Below, one piece after another: positions 25,164 to 36,346 of a DNA stretch of 64,000 nucleotides. Below the pieces are notes generated by a model. That model searched no databases and was not told the origin of the DNA. It was given only the letters and a program-made list of their open reading frames with translations. The first letter of the stretch is position 1; every line of letters begins with the position of its first letter. A program made the translations under genes and the position numbers. The DNA is from Zootoca vivipara (lineage: Eukaryota). The stretch covers positions 62,496,001 through 62,560,000 of the forward strand of contig NC_083277.1 of the NCBI RefSeq assembly GCF_963506605.1, written 5' to 3'.

Positions 25164-26679
25164 TACATGCAGCCATGGAGTGTGAAAAGAAATGTCAAGA
25201 TTAACAGTGGCTTGTTGGCTTAGAAAGCTTGGGAATCAGAAATCTTACAGGTTAACAATTATTGAGCAAATCCAGCCTGGATGGCTTCAATAGGCAGCTC
25301 AAACATATTGAGTGAGGTTTCCCATAGAGCTTGAAGCACCTCACTCGGAGTCAACAAGAGTTGGATCCTTGACAAGGCTCCTAAGCTGCAGTGCTATTGA
25401 TCAGCCATTGTCCCCTGTGAAAGAAATCCTGCGCCCTCAAAGATACTTCCTGCTGTAGCTGCTCACCCCTGATGTAGAGATGCTAATCAGCTCTCTTGAA
25501 ATCGGATGAATTTATCTCTCAGGCAAACAAGAACCAAAGGATCACAGGGCTGTGCTTGACCTTTTGCAAGCGTATTCAGCCACAAAAACTGCATTTCTGC
25601 ATCTCATTTTTACTTGTTTTCTTCCATGCCTGCTTTCAGGTTTTTTTGAACCTCCACTCTCTCCCCCCCCCCCAAGAAAACCACCACCAAACCAAAAACA
25701 AAAACAGTGTGAATGGCTTCTCTTTCTGAAGTGGGAGCTTGAAGCCAAGCCTGGAGCCGGCTCGGAGAAAATTGCTGGAGCAAAGGGAAGCGACACAACA
25801 ACTCTTGGTGGTGCTTTTGCATTCCATAGCTACGGAGAGCTGAGCTTTCCAGTCTTTTATTTTTAACTTTGTCCTGACCAGCTTTCCTGAGCCGGTTATA
25901 GTGATCCTCCAAAATAAAAATATTTGCTCACCTGCTGGCACGTTTATTACTGTCCTCATCAATTAAACCTATTCAGGTGATGCTGAAATGATGATTTTAG
26001 CTGCTATATTAGGGAAGTCCAATAAAAGCACCTTACCCATCTTGGGCTGGCAACGCTAATACAGATATACACTGTGATAGCCATAAAACAGGACCTCTGT
26101 GTGTGGGGAGGGGGCAGGAAAGTGGTTTGCAAGCAGAAGTCTAATTAGGGAATTTGTCAGGTACAAGGGAGAGCAGCAGCAAAAGAGCTGGTCAAAGCAT
26201 CCAATTGCAAAAGGGTTTGGAGCGCTTCCAAACGGCTTGTTTATTGAGCATTCATCCTGATTTGTTTGCAGGGAGATTAGACTTAGTTGGCTAAGTAATG
26301 AGTATTCATTCTAATTTGTTTGTGGGGAGGTTGAGTAATGTTGCATCAGAGCAAGTGTTAAGCCACACTTTCTGCTGCCTATTCCAATCAATTTCCTTTT
26401 CACAAAAAGTCAAATCTTTGGGGGAAGAGGGTGTGTTGCTCGGGATCCAATATGTGATTGAATCTCTCTTGGAAACAGTGGCACTCTAGAAGTGTGTCTG
26501 GTCCGTTTGGAAGAAAATGAATGCTCAATAACATCGAGAAAATTATTATCCTGAGCCGGTCCATTAGCTAGTCAAAATAAACCAAACAAACAAACAAACA
26601 AACAAAAACTGTCAGAATCCACAAACTTGAATTGTCTCCTATTTTTTTCATGAGCACATAGCTTCCAAGGAGCCCAGGG

Positions 26680-27915
26680 CAACTCCATTTGCTTGCCATT
26701 GGCCAAAGTCACCTAGTGTCCAACGCTTCCCCCAGCAAGACACTGGCTCTCCTGCAGGTTGGCCTTTTTTCTCTGTCTTGCCAGAGTGCTGCTTTCCCCA
26801 GTTATCTCCGACTTGGACTACCATACTAAAATGCACTCTATGTGGGGCTACATTTGAAGGTGACCCGGAAACCAACTAATCTACAATGCGACAGCTAGAT
26901 TGCTGACTGGGAGTGGCCACCGAGACCACATAACTGCAGTCCTGAAAGACCTAGGTTGGCTCCCAGTACGTTTCCGAGCACAATTCAAAGTGTTGGTGTT
27001 GACCTTTAAAGCCCTAAATGGCCTCAGCCCAGTATACTTGAAGAAGTGTCTCCACCCGCATCGTTCAGCCAATGTCCAGCTCCAAGGGCCTTCTGGTGGT
27101 TCCCTCACTGCGAGATGCGAGGTTACAGGGAATCAGGCAGAGGGCCTTCTCAGTAGTGGCACCCACCCTGTGGAACGCCCTCCCATCAGATGTCAAGGAA
27201 CTAAACAACTATCTGACTTTTAGAAGACACTAGCTGGCCCGGCCACACGTTGCTGTGGCTCATCCCTGTGTTTCCCCCCACCCTGTCCTGATCCATGACG
27301 TATCCCGTCTCCTCCCCACCCCACCCCCGGGCCATCCCTGTGATTTCCCCTACCCTGTCCCGTCCCATGACATATTCCATCCCCTCCTCCTCCCAACCCC
27401 CACCCAGGCGAGTCCCCACCTCCATTCGGCCTAGTCTGTAAAGGTGAGCTGAGCTGCTGTGGAGAGGAAAGGTTTTCTAACTGCAGTACCAGTGTAACCG
27501 CCGTTAGAGGGCGAAGGTTTTCTAGCTGCAGTACCAGTGTAGCTGCCACTAGAGGCTGCTGTTTTGCAACCTCTTCTGGCTTCTTTTTCCCAGCATGCAC
27601 TTTTGGGTGAGTTGTGTGTTCTGAAACGCGGGGTTTGGGTTTTTTTACATTGCGCAGGTGTGGCATCTGTCTACGCAAACGGTATGTGCTTCCTCTCACA
27701 GTAGCATGGGACGTTGTGTGCAAATTTGAACACTATCGGTCAAGCGGTTTCGGTGAAAAGTGGAAACATACCCACATGCCCTTTTTACATTTATATATAG
27801 ATAGATTTATAGGCAGCCCTATTTAGGGAAGTTTTTAATGCTTGATGTTTTATCGTGTTTTTAATATGCTGTTGGGAGCAGCCCAAAGTGGCTGGGAAAA
27901 CCCAGCCTGATGGGT
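26680..27915 (+). mobile_element. L2 LINE 3' fragment interrupted by a Helitron
   Basis: ORF 26900 encodes WLPVRFRAQFKVLVLTFKAL. The L2 sequence breaks at ...agaagaca and resumes at tttataggcagccct. Confidence 0.85.
27230..27805 (-). mobile_element. Non-autonomous Helitron
   Basis: On the minus strand: 5'-TC start, 3' CTAG end, and a GCCACA-gcaacg-TGTGGC hairpin ~12 nt from the 3' end. Inserted between A and T with no TSD. Confidence 0.85.
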
Positions 27916-29087
27916 GTCTTCTCCTACTAATTCACTCTCATGCAAGCCAAGACACAAACTAAAATGTCTTCAGTCTTTTCTCTCACAGCGTCCATGCCTT
28001 TGACAGTGGCCTCCTCATGCTATACACTCATCCACTCACTGTGAAACACAGGCAAAGGGATCTTAAAAGCAGCTGTGGTGTAGAGTAAGGGGTATGTCCC
28101 TGTGTCCTTGGGATCCAGTTGTACAAAGGTCTGCTTTTCCATGCAGAAAGCACAATCTGTGCCTCAATCTTCCTTTGTAATGATTACACACGTGTATTCA
28201 CTGTCTAGAAACATTCTGGGAAGCCATAGCTATTTATTGCACGTGCAGTGGGCCCACAAAATACGCTTACTTTACATATGCAACCTTACACGGAGGGATA
28301 AATAAATAAATAAATGGAGAGTGAGTGAACACCCACCATTCCCCATACTCCATTTATTTATTCTTTTCCCCACCCGCACACCCAACAGGGTTTTTTTGCT
28401 TGCTGGGCTCTGAGACGGTCACAGGAGGGTCCTGGGATGCCCCTAGAGCCCAGTAAGCAGCCCTCCACCTTGCTGGGGGTGGGTGGGTTCTGGGGTTTCT
28501 GCTTTTGCATGTGGACCCCCAGAACCGAACCCTTGCATAAGTAGTGAGCCAGCTATATAGGTGTGTTATCAAAGGCTCACTGGGTTAGCAAAAGCCTGTT
28601 TGTTCCAATTCTAGCTGCTTCCCCATACAAGTCAATGTGTGGGTGAAATTAACTAGACCAGATGTATAGCTTCTGGGCTACTCAATTCCAATCCCTAGGG
28701 AAACTTTGAAATAGATCATAGAATGATAGAGTTGGAACTGCCATAAGCAGGGGATCTTCATCTTGTAGTCAGCTAGCCCTGGGCATGCATCCCTAATTCA
28801 AAGCACTTTACAGATGGCCGTGTACAGATGGCCTCTTAGGACAACTTTGTCTCATGGCCAGACATGATGTGGTGCACAGATAAACCTTCAGCCACAATCT
28901 TCTTTGAGAAAGAGATCCATCAGGCAGCCGTCTTGCCACGTGGAAGGGTTAAAAGCACATTAGCTGAAGAGAAGACTACAGAATATTACCTGGGCGGAGA
29001 CAGAAATTAGTGTTAACATTTCTGTCACAATGAGTTAGCACAAGCCTTAAGCTTAAAATAGATCACAGATATTTTATTAGGTTTAAA

Positions 29088-30160
29088 TAAGGTTTAAATA
29101 ATACTTTGGCCACCTCATGAGAAGAGAAGACTCCCTGGAAAAGACCCTGATGTTGGGAAAGATTGAGGGCACTAGGAGAAGGGGACAACAGAGGACGAGA
29201 TGGTTGGACAGTGTTCTCGAAGCTACGAACATGAGCTTGACCAAACTGCGGGAGGCAGTGCAAGACAGGAGTGCCTGGCGTGCTCTGGTCCATGGGGTCA
29301 CGAAGAGTCGGACACGACTAAACGACTAAACAACAACAAAGGTTACCAGATTTTTTTTCAAAGAATCCGGGGACACTTTTTTTAAAAAAAGAGAGAAAAA
29401 AGTTATTTTAAAAATGTTATTTTTTAAAAAAATTAAGAAGTAATATCTTCTCTTCTGTGGTCTCCTCTGTCGTGCGGCCCTCCAATGGGTCGTGGCCTGC
29501 TCTCTTGGAGCGCTAGCCGCTGTGGAGTAGGCTCGGGTTGGGCCTGGGCTCGGCCACATGCCATTGCCCTCCCGGTGCTCTCCTACCTCTCCTCCTAAGC
29601 GGTGGCGGCGGCAGCGGCACGACAAGGTCAGGGGTCCCCTCTGTTTTTCTCCTTCCTCTTCCTCTCTCTTCCTTCTTCTCCTCTCCTCCTTCTCCCTGTG
29701 TCAGCTCCGGGTTTTTCCTGGCCCCGGAGCACCGCTGGGCAGTCAGCCGGGTGGCTGGGCACTCTCGCTCCTGACTTGATTTGGGTCGCACGGGGGTGTA
29801 TGTCAGCGCTTCCCCCAGTTGACGTGCCGCGCATCCCCGGTTCCCCCTTGGCAGTGGCAGTGGCAGTCTCAGCAGCCCAGAGCCAGCCTGGTAGCGCAGT
29901 TGGCTGTGGCTGGCTTCAGGAGCTGCTTGCTGCCGTGGCGCCCACCATTTTGCCTTGCCGGAAGTCCCCATATGATGTGTCTTGTGCCGTTGAACCAATC
30001 ACACAACTTTCATTCCCTACTAATAAATCTACAACACTTAAAATATAAATCCGTGGACATTAAATGAAATCCAGGGACATTCCGGGGACGGATTTTGTCC
30101 GGGGACAGATTTGTAAATCCAGGGACTGTCCCCAGGAAGCGGGGACATCTGGTGACCATA
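29088..30160. mobile_element. hAT (Blackjack-like) element with GC-rich interior; left TIR split by Bov-B
   Basis: taaggtt[Bov-B]aaggttaccaga ... tctggtgaccata, subterminal ggggaca repeats, flanked by gtttaaa. Confidence 0.75.
29096..29340 (+). mobile_element. Bov-B (RTE) LINE 3' end
   Basis: YFGHLMRREDSLEKTLMLGKIEG...GVTKSRTRLND* followed by a (CAA)n tail. Confidence 0.93.
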
Positions 30161-30542
30161 GTTTAAAATATTCTTTCTGTTTATTATTGCCACGTGCTCA
30201 GAGCCACTTCTGAGGCAGGAGGAGAAGTGGCTCTTAAGTCTTTCCAGCAAGTAAACAAAGTGAGCGGATGCCGGGTCCCAGCTGCAAAAACAAATACAGA
30301 TGGGAATGATTTTGTCTGTGACTTGGGGACAGGGAGCTCAAAGTGGGAACGATGTGCATCCTGAAGAAGGGGGGAATGGGAGATTTGCAATAAAGAGGAT
30401 TGCTGTAATGATTCCCAGCTCTGCCAATCAACAGGAGGAGCAGGACATACAGCCTTTTGCACTGCATTGATTGGAAGTTGCCAGAAAGGGGCTCGCATCT
30501 CCCCTGGCACTTTCCCCCATCCACTCTGTGGACTGCTTAGAG

Positions 30543-30677
30543 CTGGCATAGGCAAACTCAGCCCTCCAGATGTTTTGGGACTACAATTCCTGTCATCCCT
30601 GACCACTGGTCCTGCTAGCTAGGGATCATGGGAGTTGTAGTCCCAAACATCTGGAGGGCTGAGTTTGCCTGTGCCTG
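30543..30677. mobile_element. Palindromic hAT-Charlie MITE
   Basis: Same core as 6780; TSD degenerate. Confidence 0.85.
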
Positions 30678-31810
30678 ACTTACCGTAGTGTGTCAAGAAC
30701 CACAGGCTCTGTAATTGTTCAAGAAGCAGTGAGGCAACCCACTAAATCGAGCCAATATGTCTGGATTTCTTTTCAAAGTGGCTGGTTTTGATTTGCAATG
30801 CACATCTTCAGTGGGCAGTCCTTCCGTTACATAAGCCTGGGAGCAGAGAGCAAGCATTTCTTTAAAAGGCAATAAGGCTGACTATACTCTGTGGAGCAGG
30901 TCCAGATTTCACCGTAACCGAAACAGCCCTCAAGTAGGCTATCTGGTTGGCTTTTGGGAGTGGGAGCTATTCTGGAAATGTCTGGTGCCACTGTGATTAT
31001 ATTCCATGGTTTCCTCTTGCTTTCGTACCTTACATTCAGTAGCTCCGTTGACAGAAGGAGCCAAAACTAACAAAGATGTGGCGCTGGCAGAATATCTGGC
31101 CTGGGCATTCCTGTTGATGGTGCTCTTTTGTGGTGCTGGAGCTGACAGCCCATGAGAAGGGAGATGCTTGGGCTTCAAGAGTGAGGATTTTATGAACAAA
31201 ATCTCTCTTTTTAAATCAACAGCAGGGCTTAGAGAACTGCACAGCAAGCAGAAATAAATAGGTGAAGCTTTTCCCAGCGCAGGGGATGGGGTGCCAAGCC
31301 TATTTTGCCAAGATTTTGACAGACTGCAGTGGAGATTCCCCCCCCCCCCTGTTAGTCATGCTGCTGTAGCTTTTTGCTGCTGTTTTTGGTGTGTGTGTGT
31401 GTGGTTTATGGGTGTTTTTTTTCAGAATTGCATGCTTCATAGGATTGTAACCAATGCTAGTCCTACTCGAGAGCAGGCTCACTGAAGTTAGCAGACATGA
31501 CTAACTTCATATTGTTCATTTCAATGGGCAGGATTCATCAAATGAACATTGGCAGGGGTTTGCAGGATCCACTTCCCAGTCACCCCTGCTCTAAGTCCTA
31601 ATGGAGGTGAGCAACTTTATCCTCAAAATGCATTCCAATTAGCCACAGCAGGTTTCTGCTTACCAGGATGATACATGTTAACCAGCCTTGTGTGCCTCTC
31701 AGAAATGTTCTGCCAGATGGGCTACTTGAGGATGCAATGGAGGTGGAGAAGAAAGGTCTTTTGCCACCTTCACAACCAGGCAGGTGTTGCCTTCGCAGAA
31801 GCCCTTATGC

Positions 31811-31946
31811 CAGGCATCTCCAAACTGTGGCCCTCCAGATGTTTTGGCCTACAACTCCCATGATCCCAAGCTAACAGGACCAGTGGTCAGGGAAGATGGG
31901 AACTGTAGTCCAAAACATCTGGAGGGCCAAAGTTTGGGGATGCCTG
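31811..31946. mobile_element. Palindromic hAT-Charlie MITE
   Basis: Exact TSD ccttatgc. Confidence 0.92.
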
Positions 31947-33516
31947 CCTTATGCCTTTTGCATTTAAGCCATCTACTGGATGCTACGGAGCAAATATGCT
32001 AATGGCTCAAAGTTTCCTTGATGCCGAATGAATCTACTTCATTTGGTGGCCTCACTCAGGAAAATACAAGAAATGAGATGGGTTTGGAAAAAGTACCAGA
32101 TTGTTGAGGGCTTCTTTTTTTAAAAAAATAATCACTAAAGAATGCTCCTTTCTCCTCGCTTTTTGGACCAAAGTTTGCAGAATTAAACCTACATTTCGGA
32201 AATCCCAAGAAGAAAGGCTGTGAGCTAGTTTCTTGACACGTCAGCTTGTGAACGAAGTGGCCTGCTTTCCACTCCAGATGCAAGATATCTCTTGGGCAGA
32301 AACAGATGTAGGAGGGATGAAACCTTTCCCCTTCTATCCCCAGGAGCCAGCAAAAGACTCAGAATTTCATTTGGAAGCTTCCCCACTTTTAGAGAGAGTG
32401 CTGCAGAAAATTTGCATGTCTTGATTTGATTTGATTCCTGTCCTGTATGATGAAATTAAAGGTGCCTTTTCCTGCCCCACTAAATTAAGATCAAGTCTTA
32501 TTTCAAGCATCTTCTTTTATTAGTGAAGGCATTAAAAGTCCTTTTAGTAGCCGATTTGTTTTGTGGCCTGAATGTAACAAATCATCTACACTAGCAACAC
32601 CTGTGCAAATATCATGCACTGTGCATTAAACAGGCAAGTTGATTGATAATGGAAATATTTTATAAAGTGTTTTAATATACTTTTTTCTTTATTTCCTTAG
32701 GTTGTATTAAGCTACCACGGGCTATTTTGGGGAGGAAAGGGAATGTATAAAATGGATAAGATCAAATAAACACAGGCACAAAGCTAGGGAAACATAACCA
32801 CCCCCACCCCAAAAAGTGAAAGGGCTTATGCACACTTAACTCTGTTTTGGATTGTGACATCAGCATTTGCGGAAGACTCGGCATAAACTCCTCAAACTTA
32901 AAACTGGCTCCAGTTACTGACAAATATTAATGCTGGCTGTCTATTAAGAGCTCCACTGTGATAGATTCCAGCTGAATGTGGCCTTCCTAGGGGGGGGGGG
33001 AGCGGATCTTCAGGTTTGCATAACCCCATTGCAACACCACACCCATTCAAAGCCATGCACATGTCCCCTGTTTTTTTTACAGCCAGCAGATGCACAGGAA
33101 GGAAAGGTGTTGAAACATACAAACACCAGCCAGCTCTCAGAATTTAGTAGTGTAGTTAGCGACTAATTACAAGACAACAGGACGCATTGGGCCCTTTCCA
33201 CTCAACAGTTCTAGCCTAGAAAAACAGATCCAACCGTAACATGCACTTCTGAAGCCAGGAACAGGAGGAGCAATGCAGGTGTTGTGATGTGGTCAGCTTG
33301 GGTGGCTTTTAGATGTTTCCATAGTGATGTGGCAAAGGGCTGGCACAATGGGATTTTGGAATCCACCCAGGAGCCAGACAACTGTTGCAGCCGTCGGTGG
33401 GCTTTATATTGAGCAAACCTGGCCTTGCCCATGACACTCAGGCCACAACCACAGCATATATTTAAAGCCCTCTTACGGCATTTTAAAAGTAATATTTTCC
33501 TCCCAGAGAATCCCAG

Positions 33517-34038
33517 TGTCAGGGACTGTGCCGAGGTGGGCTGCACTGAGGAGGAATGGTGGGAGCTTCCCCCTCCCCCTGCTCCTGATCCAGATCCTGA
33601 ATCTTCCCAGGAGCAGGAGGAGCAGTATAGATTTGGAACAGTGATTTGCAGAGGGGCACAGTTCAGAAGGCAGAAGCTGGGAAATACTGGATGGGGAACA
33701 GCTAGGAGAAGAAACACTGGAAGAGAGAGGGTTAACAGATTCACAGTCTCTGGACAGCATTCCTCCACCGCCCTCCCCAAAGTCGAGAAGAGCTCAGAAA
33801 GTGGCAGAACAGAAAGCACAGAGGGTACAAGCTCAGATTACAAGGCGTAGAAGTGGCGTAGGTTAATAGGGACAGAAGGGGGTGGGCTCCTTAATTGGGA
33901 GCACCGCCATTACTAGGAGATGTGTTCTTTGTTTTCTCACTGTGATGATTAAGGTTTCAAACTGGTAAGAAGACTCCTTTCCTTTGTTCTGCTTATCTAC
34001 TGCCACGGAGGAGTAAGCCGATTCCCTGAAGCCTGACA
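33517..34038 (+). mobile_element. Solo LTR (522 bp)
   Basis: TGTCAGG...CCTGACA termini with an exact 5-bp TSD cccag, splitting an older palindromic repeat. Strand is tentative. Confidence 0.85.
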
Positions 34039-35154
34039 CCCAGGAACTGTAGTTTGTGAAGGGTGCTGAGATTTGTTAGGAGACCCCTATTCCTCTCAGA
34101 AAGCTACAATTTCCAGAAATGTTTTAACAACCAACCCCTCTTTCCGGGGAATTCTGGGAGTCATAGCTCTGTGCGGGGAACTGAGGTTTTTGAACAACTC
34201 TCAGCATCCTTGACAAACTCCGGTTCCCAGGATTCTTTGGGGGAAGACGTGGCTATCTAAGTGGTATATGTATGTTACAGATGTGGCTTAAGTCTCACTT
34301 TCCCACCTGTAAAATAGGAACCGTAGCAATATACTATCCAGCCCCCAAGAGCTGCTGGCAAAACGAACAGAGTGCACAGGAAGGACCCTGTGAATTTTGC
34401 AAATCTGTCATCACAACTGTTTGTGGCCCCAGAATGTTTATGGGAGTCACTGTCAACTGGGAGGATCAGGCAAGTGCTAGAATTCTGCTTTGCCTGAGCC
34501 CACAGTCACCATTTTGGTTATTCTGATCAGTGACTGCACCACCACCCTTATAATGGCTCCAGCCTCCTCCTCTTTTTCATCCTTCCTTTAGCACTAGCTC
34601 TTCCATACATCCTGTGAACACCACATGTGCATCCCTTGCTTCTTCTGCGTTGTTCAGTGTTCAATGACATGGTGGAATGTCAACAATACGGAAACAGCTC
34701 ATTCCGTCATTATAATGTTGTGAGCCCTTTGGAGTGTCTGGTGAGCTGTAAGGAGGATATACAGTAGTTCTATGCATGTGTACACCCATACACAATGCAA
34801 CATCTGCTTCCCATTTTATGAAGATCTGCATGTTTTAAAACTTCACATAATTGTAGTGCTGAACGCAGGGTGGTTCACTTCCAAATATGAAAAATCTTCT
34901 TTCCTAGCCCTGTATTTTCAGGTCTCGGGACAGTTGATGTGGTTTCTTCACTCACACAACCTCTAAATATACCATTGATCCTGAGGGAGCTCTCTAGTTT
35001 GTTTAAGGCAAGGGTTGGTGACCCTGTGGCCCTCCAGACGCTGGATTCTGACTCCCATCAGGCCCATGGAATAATGGCAGTCCAGGAACATTTGGAAGGC
35101 CACAAGTTCACCATCCCTGCTTCAACGCCAGACTGGTTGGGAAAGAGGTTAGGA

Positions 35155-35290
35155 CAGGCATCCCCAGACTTCGGCCCTCCAGATGTTTTGGACTACAATT
35201 CCCATCATCCCTGACCACTGGTCCTGTTAGCTAGGGATCATGGGAGTTGTAGGCCAAAACATCTGGAGGGCCGCAGTTTGGGGGTGCCTG
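35155..35290. mobile_element. Palindromic hAT-Charlie MITE
   Basis: Exact TSD ggttagga. Confidence 0.92.
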
Positions 35291-35964
35291 GGTTAGGACA
35301 TCCTCTCTGAGTTGTATCCAACTTAGTTTTACTCAGTGTAAATCCACTGGAGTTAATAGATTTAAGGAAGTCATGTTCATGAACATTGATGGGTCTACTT
35401 TGAGTATGACCAGCATTGAATGCAGCCTTTTTATGTTTATTTCTGTGTCTGTGGCAATATATTCATTTCTAGATGTTCTGTTGTTGCTTTAAGGTAACCA
35501 TTGCACCATTGTGCTCGTCACAAACCTTTCCTTCTCTTCCATTTGGTGGAATTTGGTTTACTTTTGGGTCTTAGGGTAGCAGAGTATAGTTTCAGAGCTC
35601 TGCCCCCAGAACCTCCTAGACCAGAATTTAATGTCAGTTCACATTTTCCTTTTGTGTATCATGGAGAAAAACTGCCTCAGGGAGCAAGTTGTGTCTGAGG
35701 GAACATGATTCACAGTTAAGTCATGCATTTCTGGATTCCTCCCTCCAGTACCATAAATTTCTGTCTGATTTATAGAAACTTCTCCAGTTACATGTGTTAA
35801 CTTGTTTCTGTCTGGATCTAGAATGAGGTGCACTGGGCCCATAATTCATGTCTGCACTGTTCACACACAAAGCATAATGATGCATTAAGGAGATAACAGC
35901 AAATGTCTCTAGGTCCCAACTATGTGGCAAATTCTCCAGTGGTACTTATTTAATAGCTGTAGTA

Positions 35965-36295
35965 CTGTATACCTGAAGGAGCGTCTCCAACCCCATCATT
36001 CAGCCCGGACACTGAGATCCAGCACCGAGGGCCTTCTAGCGGTTCCCTCATTGCGAGAGGTGAGGTTGCAGGGAACCAGACAGAGGGCCTTCTCGGTAGT
36101 GGCACCCGCCCTGTGGAACGCCCTCCCAGCAGATGTCAAGACAATAAGCAATTATTTTACTTTTAGAAGACAACTGAAGGCAGCCCTGTTTAGGGAAGTT
36201 TTTAATGTCTGATGCTGTACTGTTTTTAATATTCAGTTGGAAGCTGCCCAGAGTGGCTGGGGAAGCCCAGCTAGATGGGCAGGGTATAAATAATA

Positions 36296-36344
<49 letters not shown>

Positions 36345-36346
36345 TA
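35965..36346 (+). mobile_element. L2 3' fragment with (ATT)n tail
   Basis: Encodes YLKERL...RAFSVVAPALWNALP...FRRQLKAALF. Confidence 0.88.

Noticed and set aside
24753-25223. ORFs containing X runs
   Set aside because: They span the N gap.
33211-33850. 202-aa and 141-aa ORFs
   Set aside because: They straddle the solo-LTR boundary, show no recognisable domain and have no splice support.
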